A DNA stretch of 53,238 nucleotides, taken from Candidatus Nomurabacteria bacterium RIFCSPLOWO2_01_FULL_42_17 (GTDB lineage: Bacteria; Patescibacteriota; Minisyncoccia; Phycocordibacterales; UBA9973). Position 1 is the stretch's first letter. Every line of letters starts with the position of its first letter. The notes under the pieces were generated by a model, which saw only the letters and a program-made list of their open reading frames with translations, ran no database searches and had not been told where the DNA came from. Below are positions 16,169 through 25,143 of the stretch, piece after piece. The DNA is taken from the NCBI GenBank assembly GCA_001785985.1, contig MFVE01000005.1, forward strand, positions 178,533 through 231,770. The letters run 5' to 3'. A program made the translations under genes and the position numbers.

Positions 16169-18020
16169 CTGTCTGGGCCGCTTCCTGCTCTTCCTTGGCT
16201 TTTTTGTTAGAAAGTATTTGGGAAGGGTCAGAGGTGATGATCTGATCTTCGGTATAAGAAGCGATGATTTTTATCGCAACGTGCTTCAAGCCTGCGAAGA
16301 ATATGCCTTCTCCGACCGAGGATTCCAAGAGAAGATATTTTTCCTCGTCTGTCAGATTAAAGGTTTTCTGTAAGATGTCGATAGTGGTCGGAGATTGTTT
16401 CAAGAGAAGCTGAATGGAAGAGTTGGTGATGATCGGCACTCCATATGGTGACTTCATAAAGTCTGCCGCATCTTGGGTGATGGTGGAAAGTCCCAAGTAA
16501 TATTTTCGGCCTCTTTTGGCGATAGAGTACAAAAATGAGGCTGTATCTTCGGATTTCATCATCCACCAAGCCTCATCGACTACTAGCAGGCGCTTTTTCA
16601 AGTTCTTGCGTATCGCATTCCAGATGTAATGCATGATGATATACATCGCAACCGGTTTCAATTCATCTTCCATGTCGCGCACAGAAAAGACTACAAACTT
16701 TTTATTGATATCCACATTACTTGGACGGTTTAAAAAAGTTTCCCAAGAACCTTTGGTGTATTTTGCCAAGCGAGCGACGACGGAGTCGCTCCCATCCATT
16801 CCAGAAAGCACCATTTCAAAATCCGAAAGGAGCGGAGGCTCGATATTTGAGAAATCCGATTCCGGAGTGATGTCTTTGATGGCGTAGGTTTCAGAAATAG
16901 CGCGGTCTACCATGGAATCTTCTTCCGGAGTGAGTCCTCCCAGCATCAGTCTAAAAAGTCCGACTAGATTAATTGTGTTTGATCGTAAAACATCTTCGGC
17001 TGTCTCGTCTTCTCTGGGTATTGGCAGATCAAAAGGGTTCATATGGTGGTCTGAAGAAAGAGAAATGCTAAAATATCTTCCACCCACAGCTTCCGCTAGG
17101 AATTCATATTCCCTCTCCGGGTCGATGACGATCACATCCACATCAAACATCAGAGATCGGAGGATTTCCAATTTTGTCGCATAAGATTTTCCCGAGCCTG
17201 ATTTTGCGAAAGTTACCGAATTATAATTTTCCAGAGAAAATCGGTCGAAAATAACTAAACTGGAATTATGTCTATTGATGCCATAAAGGATGCCTTTATC
17301 CGAAGTGAGGTCAAAAGATATAAATGGAAAGACACTAGAGAGCGGCTCGGAATTTAATTTTTGGTGGATATTTAAGAGGTCAGTATTTATCGGAATGACA
17401 CTCTTGAAACCGTCTTCTTGTTGGAAGAGCGCTGGTTTGATGTATATTAGTTTTGATTCCAGCATTGATTTTATTTCATTTTCAATTTTGAAAAGCTCCA
17501 ATTCGTTGTCTGCATAGATGGTGATATAAATCCCCACATCAAACATTTTTTCCTGCGCTTGGATCAAGTTGTCGCGCAGTCCCTCGAGGTCTTGATAAGA
17601 GGTGTCCAGCATCGGATCGCGGACCATACCCTTGCTCTCACGCACGTTTATCTGGCTTTGCACTTCCGCCACCTTTTTTTGGAATTGTCTCAGCATCAGG
17701 GAAGTGTCTATCGGGTGGATAAAAATCGAAATATCAAAAACCTTGTCCAAATTAATGATCGGCGAGAACCAATTGTCAGTCAAAAATCTCGGATAAGAGA
17801 TGATAAAAAATGTACGCGCGATTTTATCGCCCAAATTTATGGATTTTGGTTCAATTTTGAGCGCGGAAGGCGCTATGATATCTTGCAGTTCCAGACTGGC
17901 GGATTCATAGATCGCTTCTGGTAATACGGGAGAAATGGAGGCCTCCGCTTCAGGGGCGTAGGTGTTTCCCCTACTTACCTTTGGTATATTATTTTTTTTA
18001 AATTTATCAAAAATACTCAT
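16158..18020 (-). CDS. virB4: VirB4/TrbE-family type IV secretion ATPase (ATPase portion)
   Basis: 620 aa with Walker A FAKSGSGKSYATK and Walker B RLLVVDEAWWMM. Has VirB4-like C-terminal motifs (GLSTITQDAADF). Confidence 0.85.
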   Translation of the reverse strand: MSIFDKFKKNNIPKVSRGNTYAPEAEASISPVLPEAIYESASLELQDIIAPSALKIEPKSINLGDKIARTFFIISYPRFLTDNWFSPIINLDKVFDISIFIHPIDTSLMLRQFQKKVAEVQSQINVRESKGMVRDPMLDTSYQDLEGLRDNLIQAQEKMFDVGIYITIYADNELELFKIENEIKSMLESKLIYIKPALFQQEDGFKSVIPINTDLLNIHQKLNSEPLSSVFPFISFDLTSDKGILYGINRHNSSLVIFDRFSLENYNSVTFAKSGSGKSYATKLEILRSLMFDVDVIVIDPEREYEFLAEAVGGRYFSISLSSDHHMNPFDLPIPREDETAEDVLRSNTINLVGLFRLMLGGLTPEEDSMVDRAISETYAIKDITPESDFSNIEPPLLSDFEMVLSGMDGSDSVVARLAKYTKGSWETFLNRPSNVDINKKFVVFSVRDMEDELKPVAMYIIMHYIWNAIRKNLKKRLLVVDEAWWMMKSEDTASFLYSIAKRGRKYYLGLSTITQDAADFMKSPYGVPIITNSSIQLLLKQSPTTIDILQKTFNLTDEEKYLLLESSVGEGIFFAGLKHVAIKIIASYTEDQIITSDPSQILSNKKAKEEQEAAQTAPR

Positions 18021-18032
18021 ATATATGTTTAT

Positions 18033-18671
18033 TTATTCCAGCTTAATTTTCCCTTCCACTTCTCCCGGATTGAAAACTTTATAAAATACTTCCACGACTT
18101 CTTCTGTGCCCAGCTGAGCGGATTTTATACCACAACGGCTGAGTCCTTGCTCTATCACGCTCACCCTTTCTTCCAATTGAGACCTCTTTTCCTCGAAATC
18201 TTCTTGTTTTGCGATATTTAACTCCTCTTTGCTTTTTCGGCCGAAGAATTTTTTTAGGATTCCAGAATCTGGCCGCAGCGCGCTGTGGGTATATGGCACC
18301 ACCACAAAAAAGCTTTTGGTCATTATACTTACCGATTCGGTAAAATTCCTAATAAACTCTATGTATTCTTTTGTTTGCAACTTGAGCAGGGGTTCGCTTT
18401 GCACTTTCATTCTGTTTTCTAAAAGCAAAAGGTAAGGCCGGATATCTAGCCTTCGGCTTTGGACCGATATTTGAACGGCAAAATCCAAAGTATTTAGAAA
18501 ACTTTGGAATTGGAATATCGTCGCTTTTTGCTCGTCGCTTGATTTCAGAGATAAATTGACCGAATTGGCGAGGATGACCGCTCGCAGACCGCCGTCTTTT
18601 AGCACGATGATTCCGTCGCGGACTTGCTTGATCGGTACAAAATCTTGAGTTGCTTTTGCTTTTAATGGCAT
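18033..18671 (-). CDS. VirB4 N-terminal domain-like protein (separate ORF, same frame as the ATPase ORF)
   Basis: 212 aa. TQDFVPIKQVRDGIIVLKDGGLRAVILANSVNLSLKSSDEQKATIFQFQSFLNTLDF matches the N-terminal pattern of Gram-positive VirB4 (PrgJ/TcpF-like). Separated from the ATPase ORF by TAA plus 4 codons, in frame. Confidence 0.55.
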   Translation of the reverse strand: MPLKAKATQDFVPIKQVRDGIIVLKDGGLRAVILANSVNLSLKSSDEQKATIFQFQSFLNTLDFAVQISVQSRRLDIRPYLLLLENRMKVQSEPLLKLQTKEYIEFIRNFTESVSIMTKSFFVVVPYTHSALRPDSGILKKFFGRKSKEELNIAKQEDFEEKRSQLEERVSVIEQGLSRCGIKSAQLGTEEVVEVFYKVFNPGEVEGKIKLE

Positions 18672-18675
18672 ATAT

Positions 18676-19101
18676 TTAATTTTCTTTGTGTTTACTCAAA
18701 TCTAAAACATCCAGGCTCCAAGCTAAATCTCGTAATTTGTTTCCGCCCAGCCGGACTGTTTCTCTATTCATAATATTTTTTTCGTTTGTCTCTTTTTCTG
18801 GTTCCTTCTGGCTCTTTTTTTCTCTGCTTTTTTTCCAAATATAAAGCTTGCTCTGAGTCAGATAATTAAACCCCGCCTCGATCATATTGATGAATGGCTT
18901 GTTGTTTGGCCGATAGCGAGCCAGCGCTATGGACAGCCCCGCAACAGCTAAGATAGGTATCGCGCCCCATACGAGTCCGAGCAGTTTGTAAATTATAAAA
19001 CAAAGACCTGCGCCACCCACTAAATAAACAAACTCTTTAAAAGTGAATGGGCCAAAGATCTTGTCTTCTATATCTAAAAATTGTGGAACTTTGAATTGCA
19101 T
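18676..19101 (-). CDS. PrgI-family (VirB3-like) membrane protein
   Basis: 141 aa. MQFKVPQFLDIEDKIFGPFTFKEFVYLVGGAGLCFIIY is the PrgI N-terminal signature, with two TM helices. Confidence 0.7.
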   Translation of the reverse strand: MQFKVPQFLDIEDKIFGPFTFKEFVYLVGGAGLCFIIYKLLGLVWGAIPILAVAGLSIALARYRPNNKPFINMIEAGFNYLTQSKLYIWKKSREKKSQKEPEKETNEKNIMNRETVRLGGNKLRDLAWSLDVLDLSKHKEN

Positions 19102-19111
19102 AAATAGCTTT

Positions 19112-19492
19112 TTAGCTGCTTAGCTTTTTAGCTTGTAGCTTATTAAGCATGGCATTCAACATTTTCATAACTTCTTCTAATAAAGAATCTATCTTATTAT
19201 AATCTAATTTTATAGTTTTAGGTAATTTTCTGGCTATTATCAGTTGGGTCTCCAGTTCAGCGCCAGATCCGTAAGACATTCTTAAAAAGTGCAGATAATC
19301 AGCCCTAGTTCCTCTACGCCTACCTTCTGCGATGTTAGATGGTATAGAGACCACAGATCTTCTAATTTGCGATGTTAATCCATAAATTTCCTCTCTTGGA
19401 AATTTTTCTGTCAGTTCATACACGCATATTACTAACTCAATTGATTTTTGCCAAACAATTAAATCTTTATATGAATGTATTATCTCGTTCAT
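19112..19492 (-). CDS. four-helix-bundle protein (23S rRNA intervening-sequence protein / Avd-like family)
   Basis: 126 aa. YKDLIVWQKSIELV...TSQIRRSVVSIPSNIAEGRRRGTRADYLHFLRMSYGSGAELETQLIIA is the family signature. The C-terminal KLQAKKLSS is encoded by the flanking repeat. Confidence 0.85.
   Translation of the reverse strand: MNEIIHSYKDLIVWQKSIELVICVYELTEKFPREEIYGLTSQIRRSVVSIPSNIAEGRRRGTRADYLHFLRMSYGSGAELETQLIIARKLPKTIKLDYNKIDSLLEEVMKMLNAMLNKLQAKKLSS
19121..19140. repeat. left arm of 20-nt inverted repeat (19/20) enclosing the four-helix-bundle gene
   Basis: TAGCTTTTTAGCTTGTAGCT. Its partner lies at 19514-19533. Embedded in AGCT-N3-5 periodic tracts. Confidence 0.8.
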
Positions 19493-19513
19493 TTTATAAG
19501 CTAATTAGCTACC

Positions 19514-19533
19514 AGCTACAAGCTAATAAGCTA
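19514..19533. repeat. right arm of 20-nt inverted repeat enclosing the four-helix-bundle gene
   Basis: AGCTACAAGCTAATAAGCTA, the reverse complement of the left arm with one mismatch. Confidence 0.8.
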
Positions 19534-20586
19534 TTCAGGTATTTCTCTGTATGGGTCTACTTTTGGCTTTTGGGGTATGGGCAGACTTGCTTCGTTTGCT
19601 GGCCTTGTCAGATTTTCCAATGAGTGTTCAGTTTTGGTTACGCCTGTCTGCACAGAGCCAGATAATTTTTCTACTAAGATCGGATGAACTGCTTCCGGTT
19701 TTTCTATTTTGTTTAATATATCTTCCCTATTCTCTGGTATCTTTCCCGCTTCCAGCTCTAATTGTTGTAATCTTTGGGGGATGATCTCAATGCCGGCCGT
19801 ATTTAATACTTTGGTGTCGCTATTCCCCTCTTGAGGGGTGCTCCGACCAAAGTCGGAGTGGGGTGGATAAGTTTGTCCACCTCCCCCTGAAGGGTACTCC
19901 TCAAGAGGAGAATTCCCTCTCGGAGTATTCATCAGCTTTAATAATTCACGAATCTTCAAAAATATTTTTTCGTTTATGTCTTTGACTAATTTTCCAACTG
20001 TTTCTGATGGCACTTTCAGATCACTCTTTAAATAATTTTCAAATTCATCTGGATGAGTCTTGCCGATTATTAGATCAGTAATTGCTTTTTCCAGAATATC
20101 CATCTGAGCGACAGTTAAGTTATATCCCTTGGCGATATCGTAAAGTATTGCCTGATAATTTGATTTTTTGACAATATCTTCAATTCCTTTTGGAAATTTT
20201 TCGAAACTCCCATTCAATTTTTGTTCAATCTCTGGCACTTGCTCTATCTCTCCTTTTTTATTTGCTTCAAATGCTTCAACTAGTTGAGGGCGAATGGTTT
20301 TTATAATGGACTCCTCTATTTCCATGAGCATTTTATCTGTAGAATCTACTGACAATTTCAACTCATTAGTTATATTTTCTTCGTATTCAACTAAATGAAT
20401 AATACCTAGAAGGACCAAGGTTGTTTCTGTGCCGAGCGTTTCTATTTGCTCATCGTTTAGATTATATTTCTGGCTGATTGTTTTTAAGGTTTCCAGCCAA
20501 CCCATACTCGAAAACATTTCTTGCACTTTTTGTGGAAGTTTTGAATAATATAAAGCTATTTTTTCTTGTAATTCTTTTTGGTCCAT
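19531..20586 (-). CDS. cytoplasmic protein of unknown function (two tandem helical domains), carries an in-frame repeat-element insertion
   Basis: 351 aa with no TM or signal peptide. Two similar ~90-aa helical modules, and a Gly/Pro-rich insert at the element position. Confidence 0.55.
   Translation of the reverse strand: MDQKELQEKIALYYSKLPQKVQEMFSSMGWLETLKTISQKYNLNDEQIETLGTETTLVLLGIIHLVEYEENITNELKLSVDSTDKMLMEIEESIIKTIRPQLVEAFEANKKGEIEQVPEIEQKLNGSFEKFPKGIEDIVKKSNYQAILYDIAKGYNLTVAQMDILEKAITDLIIGKTHPDEFENYLKSDLKVPSETVGKLVKDINEKIFLKIRELLKLMNTPRGNSPLEEYPSGGGGQTYPPHSDFGRSTPQEGNSDTKVLNTAGIEIIPQRLQQLELEAGKIPENREDILNKIEKPEAVHPILVEKLSGSVQTGVTKTEHSLENLTRPANEASLPIPQKPKVDPYREIPE
19823..19914 (-). mobile_element. 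92-nt palindromic MITE/RPE-like element, copy 1 (in frame inside a CDS)
   Basis: The 14-nt terminal inverted repeat is TTCCCCTCTTGAGG...CCTCAAGAGGAGAA. Shares 18-nt 5' and 22-nt 3' identical blocks plus the GGGGTGGATA..TCCACCTCCCC core with 44599-44684. Confidence 0.7.
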
Positions 20587-20596
20587 AAATTATATT

Positions 20597-22906
20597 CTAA
20601 TGATGTCCTCCGCCACTGGTACCATGATCTACTTTTGCTTCTGCGTGACTACTACCTCCTCCACTACCTGCACTTACATTTATTTTAACATTTTTTAATG
20701 CACCACCTATTGTGTCCTTGAGATCTTTTATAAAATCTCCTTGCGGGGTACCATGCTGTACGCCCCCCTGTTTCAGTCCTGCTCTTATTCCCAATGCTAC
20801 AGCAGTGATAAGTCCAACAGTAGCCTTGGTACTCAACCCCTCTCTCTTGTCTGCTTTTATATTAGCTAGATTTCTTGCGTCATAAGTGCCACTGGTTGAT
20901 CTAGCCATCACCCTTGTTCCCATTCCTACTTTTTCTTGGGCTTCATGTTGCAGTTCACTATATTTTGCTTCTCCGAGCACCTTTGCTAACTCTCTTAGGC
21001 GCTCATTAAACTCTGTATTTAACCTATCTTCAACCTTCTTTTGTCCTTGGTCATTAAGATTACCTGCACCGTCTATAGAATTAGGATCAGCAATTTTTAC
21101 TTCACTTATGATATCCTGACGTCTTTTGGCCTTGTAATCATTTTCACCGGTTGCATTAATAGTATTTCCATTTATATCTCTTTCAATAACTACAGGTTTT
21201 CCTTTGGCGTCATATCCTTTTCTTATTTCAGACTCAATCTCAGATCTCTTATCTTTAGTATAAGCGGTCTTCATCCTTTCTTTATCTACACCGGAAAGAT
21301 ACTTATCATCCAATCCCTCCACTCCAATTTTTTTCTTAATTTCATCCATCTCATGTCTAGCATGCGCCACATCACCTGACTTCCATTGATTCTCATTTAT
21401 CTTTGAACCCAGTTGGCCCATAAGACTAGTTGGTTTTGGAGGAACAATTGGTGGTGCTCCCACTCTACCTCCGTGCTCCCATTTTTTGTATTCAAAAGTA
21501 GCTTTTCCATGAGCCATGGCATCTGGTCGCGTTGAAGCTTTAGCCGCAGTTCTGGCAATCAGGGTTCTACCAACTACAGCTCCACCCAAAGCAGCACCAC
21601 CGACAGCTAGACCAGCGACTAATTTTGCTCCACCTAACACCATTTCCCCAAACTGTCCTCCTCCTTTCTTGGCGAAATGAGTTGCTTTCAGAAGCATCGC
21701 CATGATTACTAATGCTGGTATTAATATACCCAAAATGATTCCCAACGTTGTTAATACCGGTTTCCCATCTGCTCCCAAAACCCCCTTATTAAATTTACCT
21801 ATATGAGGCAAAAGCATAAATATTAAATACATAAAGAACATAAAGATTGGCGCCATAAATGAGGTGGAAATCAAACGTTTCAACCAAGCATCCCATCCTA
21901 GATATTCAATACCTGCGAACTTTGGAATAGTCCAAGACATAAAAGCAAACGGAGAGAAAATAATTAATATCCATAATTCAATTAATCTTCCTATAAACAT
22001 GATCCCAGCGATAAAAAATGCATAAGCTGCCCAAAGCATGATTGATCCGGAGATGACTATCATTCCTATCGTAAAACTAAATGGCAGGTATTTTTCGTTT
22101 GTTGGTACCATTTTTCCGTCGACGAGCACGGGTTGATTTTTCAATGCTTCGATGGTTTCTCCATTTATTAATCTAGTGGCATCAAAAGTTTTCCACATCT
22201 CGCCAGCTATATCTTTTTCTTCTTTAGGCCTCGATGGATCAGTTGGTGTTATTGGATTAACTTTCAGCTTATTATAAAACACTAAAGCCAAAATATTTGA
22301 AGAATCAATCACTACCTTTGTAAAAAACATAGAAAAGTTTATCAATAGCGCCATGATTACGACATGCACTATCATTTTTTTCACTTCATGTCCTCCCAGA
22401 TTCAAGATTGTTTTAATGGCAATATAAAGGAGTACGAGAATGAAGAAAATATTTGAAATATCTCGGACGACTGCCCAGGCAGCGGGAATAAAACCAGAAG
22501 CACGCGTCAAAGCGCTGTCTATTCCCAGATTTATCATTGCATTAAAAAACCACGCCGCGACCCAAAGAATCATGGCAGGAAGTTGAAAATAGGTCCAGTA
22601 AAATATTAGCGCTATACACATCCCCCAACTTCCAGCTCTCCAAATACTGCAAGTGTTTAGTTCTTGTTCAAACGCTGTGTCTGTTGATAATCCTTCTGCC
22701 GCTCTTGCTGTTGCATCCGCTTTTTCTGCTGCTTTTACTAATTCTTTTGCAGCCTCGTCTGCTTTTTCTTGGGGTGTTTTTTCTGGCGGCGTAGCTGGTT
22801 GCGTTGGTGGTGGCGGTGGAACTGTCTGCGCGTTCACTTTCGCCGCCGGGCTAAAAAATCCGACTAGGATAAAGAATATTAGGATATATGGTAAGAATTT
22901 TCTCAT
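20597..22906 (-). CDS. large polytopic membrane protein, VirB6/TrbL-like candidate
   Basis: 769 aa with a signal peptide and Pro-rich segment, many TM helices across aa ~90-450, and a charged, Gly-rich C-terminal tail ending GGGSSHAEAKVDHGTSGGGHH. Confidence 0.5.
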   Translation of the reverse strand: MRKFLPYILIFFILVGFFSPAAKVNAQTVPPPPPTQPATPPEKTPQEKADEAAKELVKAAEKADATARAAEGLSTDTAFEQELNTCSIWRAGSWGMCIALIFYWTYFQLPAMILWVAAWFFNAMINLGIDSALTRASGFIPAAWAVVRDISNIFFILVLLYIAIKTILNLGGHEVKKMIVHVVIMALLINFSMFFTKVVIDSSNILALVFYNKLKVNPITPTDPSRPKEEKDIAGEMWKTFDATRLINGETIEALKNQPVLVDGKMVPTNEKYLPFSFTIGMIVISGSIMLWAAYAFFIAGIMFIGRLIELWILIIFSPFAFMSWTIPKFAGIEYLGWDAWLKRLISTSFMAPIFMFFMYLIFMLLPHIGKFNKGVLGADGKPVLTTLGIILGILIPALVIMAMLLKATHFAKKGGGQFGEMVLGGAKLVAGLAVGGAALGGAVVGRTLIARTAAKASTRPDAMAHGKATFEYKKWEHGGRVGAPPIVPPKPTSLMGQLGSKINENQWKSGDVAHARHEMDEIKKKIGVEGLDDKYLSGVDKERMKTAYTKDKRSEIESEIRKGYDAKGKPVVIERDINGNTINATGENDYKAKRRQDIISEVKIADPNSIDGAGNLNDQGQKKVEDRLNTEFNERLRELAKVLGEAKYSELQHEAQEKVGMGTRVMARSTSGTYDARNLANIKADKREGLSTKATVGLITAVALGIRAGLKQGGVQHGTPQGDFIKDLKDTIGGALKNVKINVSAGSGGGSSHAEAKVDHGTSGGGHH

Positions 22907-25116
22907 CTATTGACTCTAATATTAACTCTCACGGTTTGAGGGTTGGTCGTGGATGAATCTTTGATCGTGAGATACGTCGCGCCGTCGTTCGTGCCGGCAG
23001 TGACCCTTAAAGTATTTCCAGATATTTGCGCAGTGGCTCTGCCAGATCTAGGCTGGGTCACGATAGTGTAAGGCGCCGTCGCTCCAGAGATGCTAGCAGT
23101 GGCCGTCTGGCCGTAACTCACGGAAATATTTGGCGGGCTGATCGTCAAGAATTCCTGATTGCTTACCACAATGTTGACGCTCGCTATCTTGATCGGCGTG
23201 GATGAATCTTTTATTACAATTACTATTTGTCCATCTCCGACTCCAGTGACTGCGAGGTTACTGCCTGAAATTTGGACAACTGCCACAGTCGGATCAACCG
23301 AAGTTTCTATAATATAGGGCGCGGTTCCGCCGGATATGATCGTGTTTGTAGTGCTTCCCACACTAGCGGAAACTCTTGGTTCGATGACTAGAGCTTCTGG
23401 GCCACTGATCGTGATAGGCACGATGACGATCTTTGGCGGCGTGGAAGAATCTCTGATCGCGAGCGCTGTCTGGCCCACTGCTACGCCCATCACAACCAAG
23501 CTAGTATCGGCGAAGACGGCTACCGCTTTCGATTCGTCCGGGCCGGCTTGCATAAAGTAAGGTTCTTGGCCGCCAGAAATGGATGCGTTTATTGAATTGT
23601 TGACAGCAATTGAAATACTGCGAGGATTTACCACCAAAGCCCCGATCGAATTTACTGTGATATCGATGGAGACATTCTTTGAAGGCGTGGATGAATCTCT
23701 AACCACCACGAAAGTCTGACCCGGAGCGATACCTTTGATTGTGAGAATTGGGTTTCCAGGACCGGCATAAGAGATCTGGGCCATGGCGACAGCAGTATTG
23801 GGCTGTGTCGTTATGACGTAAGGTGCCGCCCCGCCTAAAATAGGAGTGCCAGTTATTTCGCCGACAGTGACGGAAACATTTTGCGGTATGTTTAGATTTG
23901 TTGTTCCGCTGATTGGTGCAGTCCCGCCACCGAGAGTGTTGCCATCATAACTCCAATTGTCTCCCCCGGATGCTCGGCTCACAGTACTGGAAAGCGCGTT
24001 CAGGCCTTTGTCCAAGAAGTGATTTAAGAGCGCATCAAAAATAGCCGACAAACTATTACCCATTGCCGCCGCGAGCTCTGTCTGCCTAAAACTTGACCCC
24101 ATGGCCATCATTATTTGATTTGCCGCTACCGAACCCGGAGTGGTATTGACCAATCCGCCCGGACAAGTGTTTGACTCTGCCCACCTTCTTTTTTCCATCG
24201 CCACTGCTGTATTATAGTTTGCATTATATTCATCTATTTCCGCTTGGGATGTCGCAGTATATTCTGGAGCAACATATTCTATCGAAGGTTTAAAACTAGG
24301 TCTACGAAATTCATTTACGCCGTTGTTATAAAGTGAATTGGTTGGACAAGTTTGCGGAGACAAAAATCCGCTTCCTTGCTGTAGAAGGCTTTGGATTCTC
24401 TGGGCTGGCGCTTGGATTGTTCCCTCCAATCTGCTTGCTAGATTTTGCTGGATCAACATGTCAAATCCCAGATAATTATTTTGCGGATACTGGGTGTTTA
24501 TTAGAAATGCGTTCCATCCCCCGACGTTGAAATCATTCCTGTATTGGACCAAGAGGTCTGGATCATTGATCACTTTCGAGAGGGTGTATTGCGCATTGTT
24601 TGCCAGAGTGTTTTTGAAGTTGGAGATCACATTGAGCGCGCTTTGCTGGCCGAAAGGGTACCTCAAACTGTCATAGCCGATCATGTCTACCAGATTCCTG
24701 ACTTCGGATTTGGCTATGTCTTTGAAAAAAGATTCGGGATTTTCCAAGAAAAGCGGCGCCCCGTGAAAATCAGAGTTTATCCAATTTATGGTGGCTTGAG
24801 TTATTCTAGCCAAGACTTGTTTTGCCACTCGCATCAGGATTTCGCGAAGCAAAAACTGCGCAAAGTCTTTGATATGCAGGCCTGTATCTTGTACCGTGGA
24901 ACCCGAGGTTATCACGTGAAGTGCTTGAGACAGCCAGCCAGCGGTCTCAGCAGGTATATCCGCGACGGGAACCGATGTCGCTGCGGTACTTCCCGCCGCC
25001 ACCGCCGATGCTTTCTGAGGGATAGACAATAAAACGCTCGGCAATAATATTGAAACAATCAAGAGAGCAGGAATGAATTGCTTTGTTTTTTCTTTGGTTT
25101 TATTTTTAGCCGTCAT
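22903..25116 (-). CDS. secreted surface protein: unknown ~400-aa N-terminal domain + 4 tandem Ig-like (~75 aa) repeats
   Basis: 737 aa with an N-terminal TM/signal. Four repeats of the pattern SGG.APY.I...P..A.A.IS...L.V.G...G......I.DSSTP.K.....I.V (DNA ~22906-23850). Confidence 0.6.
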   Translation of the reverse strand: MTAKNKTKEKTKQFIPALLIVSILLPSVLLSIPQKASAVAAGSTAATSVPVADIPAETAGWLSQALHVITSGSTVQDTGLHIKDFAQFLLREILMRVAKQVLARITQATINWINSDFHGAPLFLENPESFFKDIAKSEVRNLVDMIGYDSLRYPFGQQSALNVISNFKNTLANNAQYTLSKVINDPDLLVQYRNDFNVGGWNAFLINTQYPQNNYLGFDMLIQQNLASRLEGTIQAPAQRIQSLLQQGSGFLSPQTCPTNSLYNNGVNEFRRPSFKPSIEYVAPEYTATSQAEIDEYNANYNTAVAMEKRRWAESNTCPGGLVNTTPGSVAANQIMMAMGSSFRQTELAAAMGNSLSAIFDALLNHFLDKGLNALSSTVSRASGGDNWSYDGNTLGGGTAPISGTTNLNIPQNVSVTVGEITGTPILGGAAPYVITTQPNTAVAMAQISYAGPGNPILTIKGIAPGQTFVVVRDSSTPSKNVSIDITVNSIGALVVNPRSISIAVNNSINASISGGQEPYFMQAGPDESKAVAVFADTSLVVMGVAVGQTALAIRDSSTPPKIVIVPITISGPEALVIEPRVSASVGSTTNTIISGGTAPYIIETSVDPTVAVVQISGSNLAVTGVGDGQIVIVIKDSSTPIKIASVNIVVSNQEFLTISPPNISVSYGQTATASISGATAPYTIVTQPRSGRATAQISGNTLRVTAGTNDGATYLTIKDSSTTNPQTVRVNIRVNR

Positions 25117-25143
25117 TTTGTTATTTATTATATGATTTTTCCT

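Noticed and set aside
19112-19492. Diversity-generating retroelement (the four-helix-bundle protein as Avd)
   Set aside because: No reverse transcriptase ORF and no template/variable repeat pair with adenine-specific mismatches exists anywhere in the 53 kb. The flanking repeats are short AGCT-periodic inverted repeats, not TR/VR.
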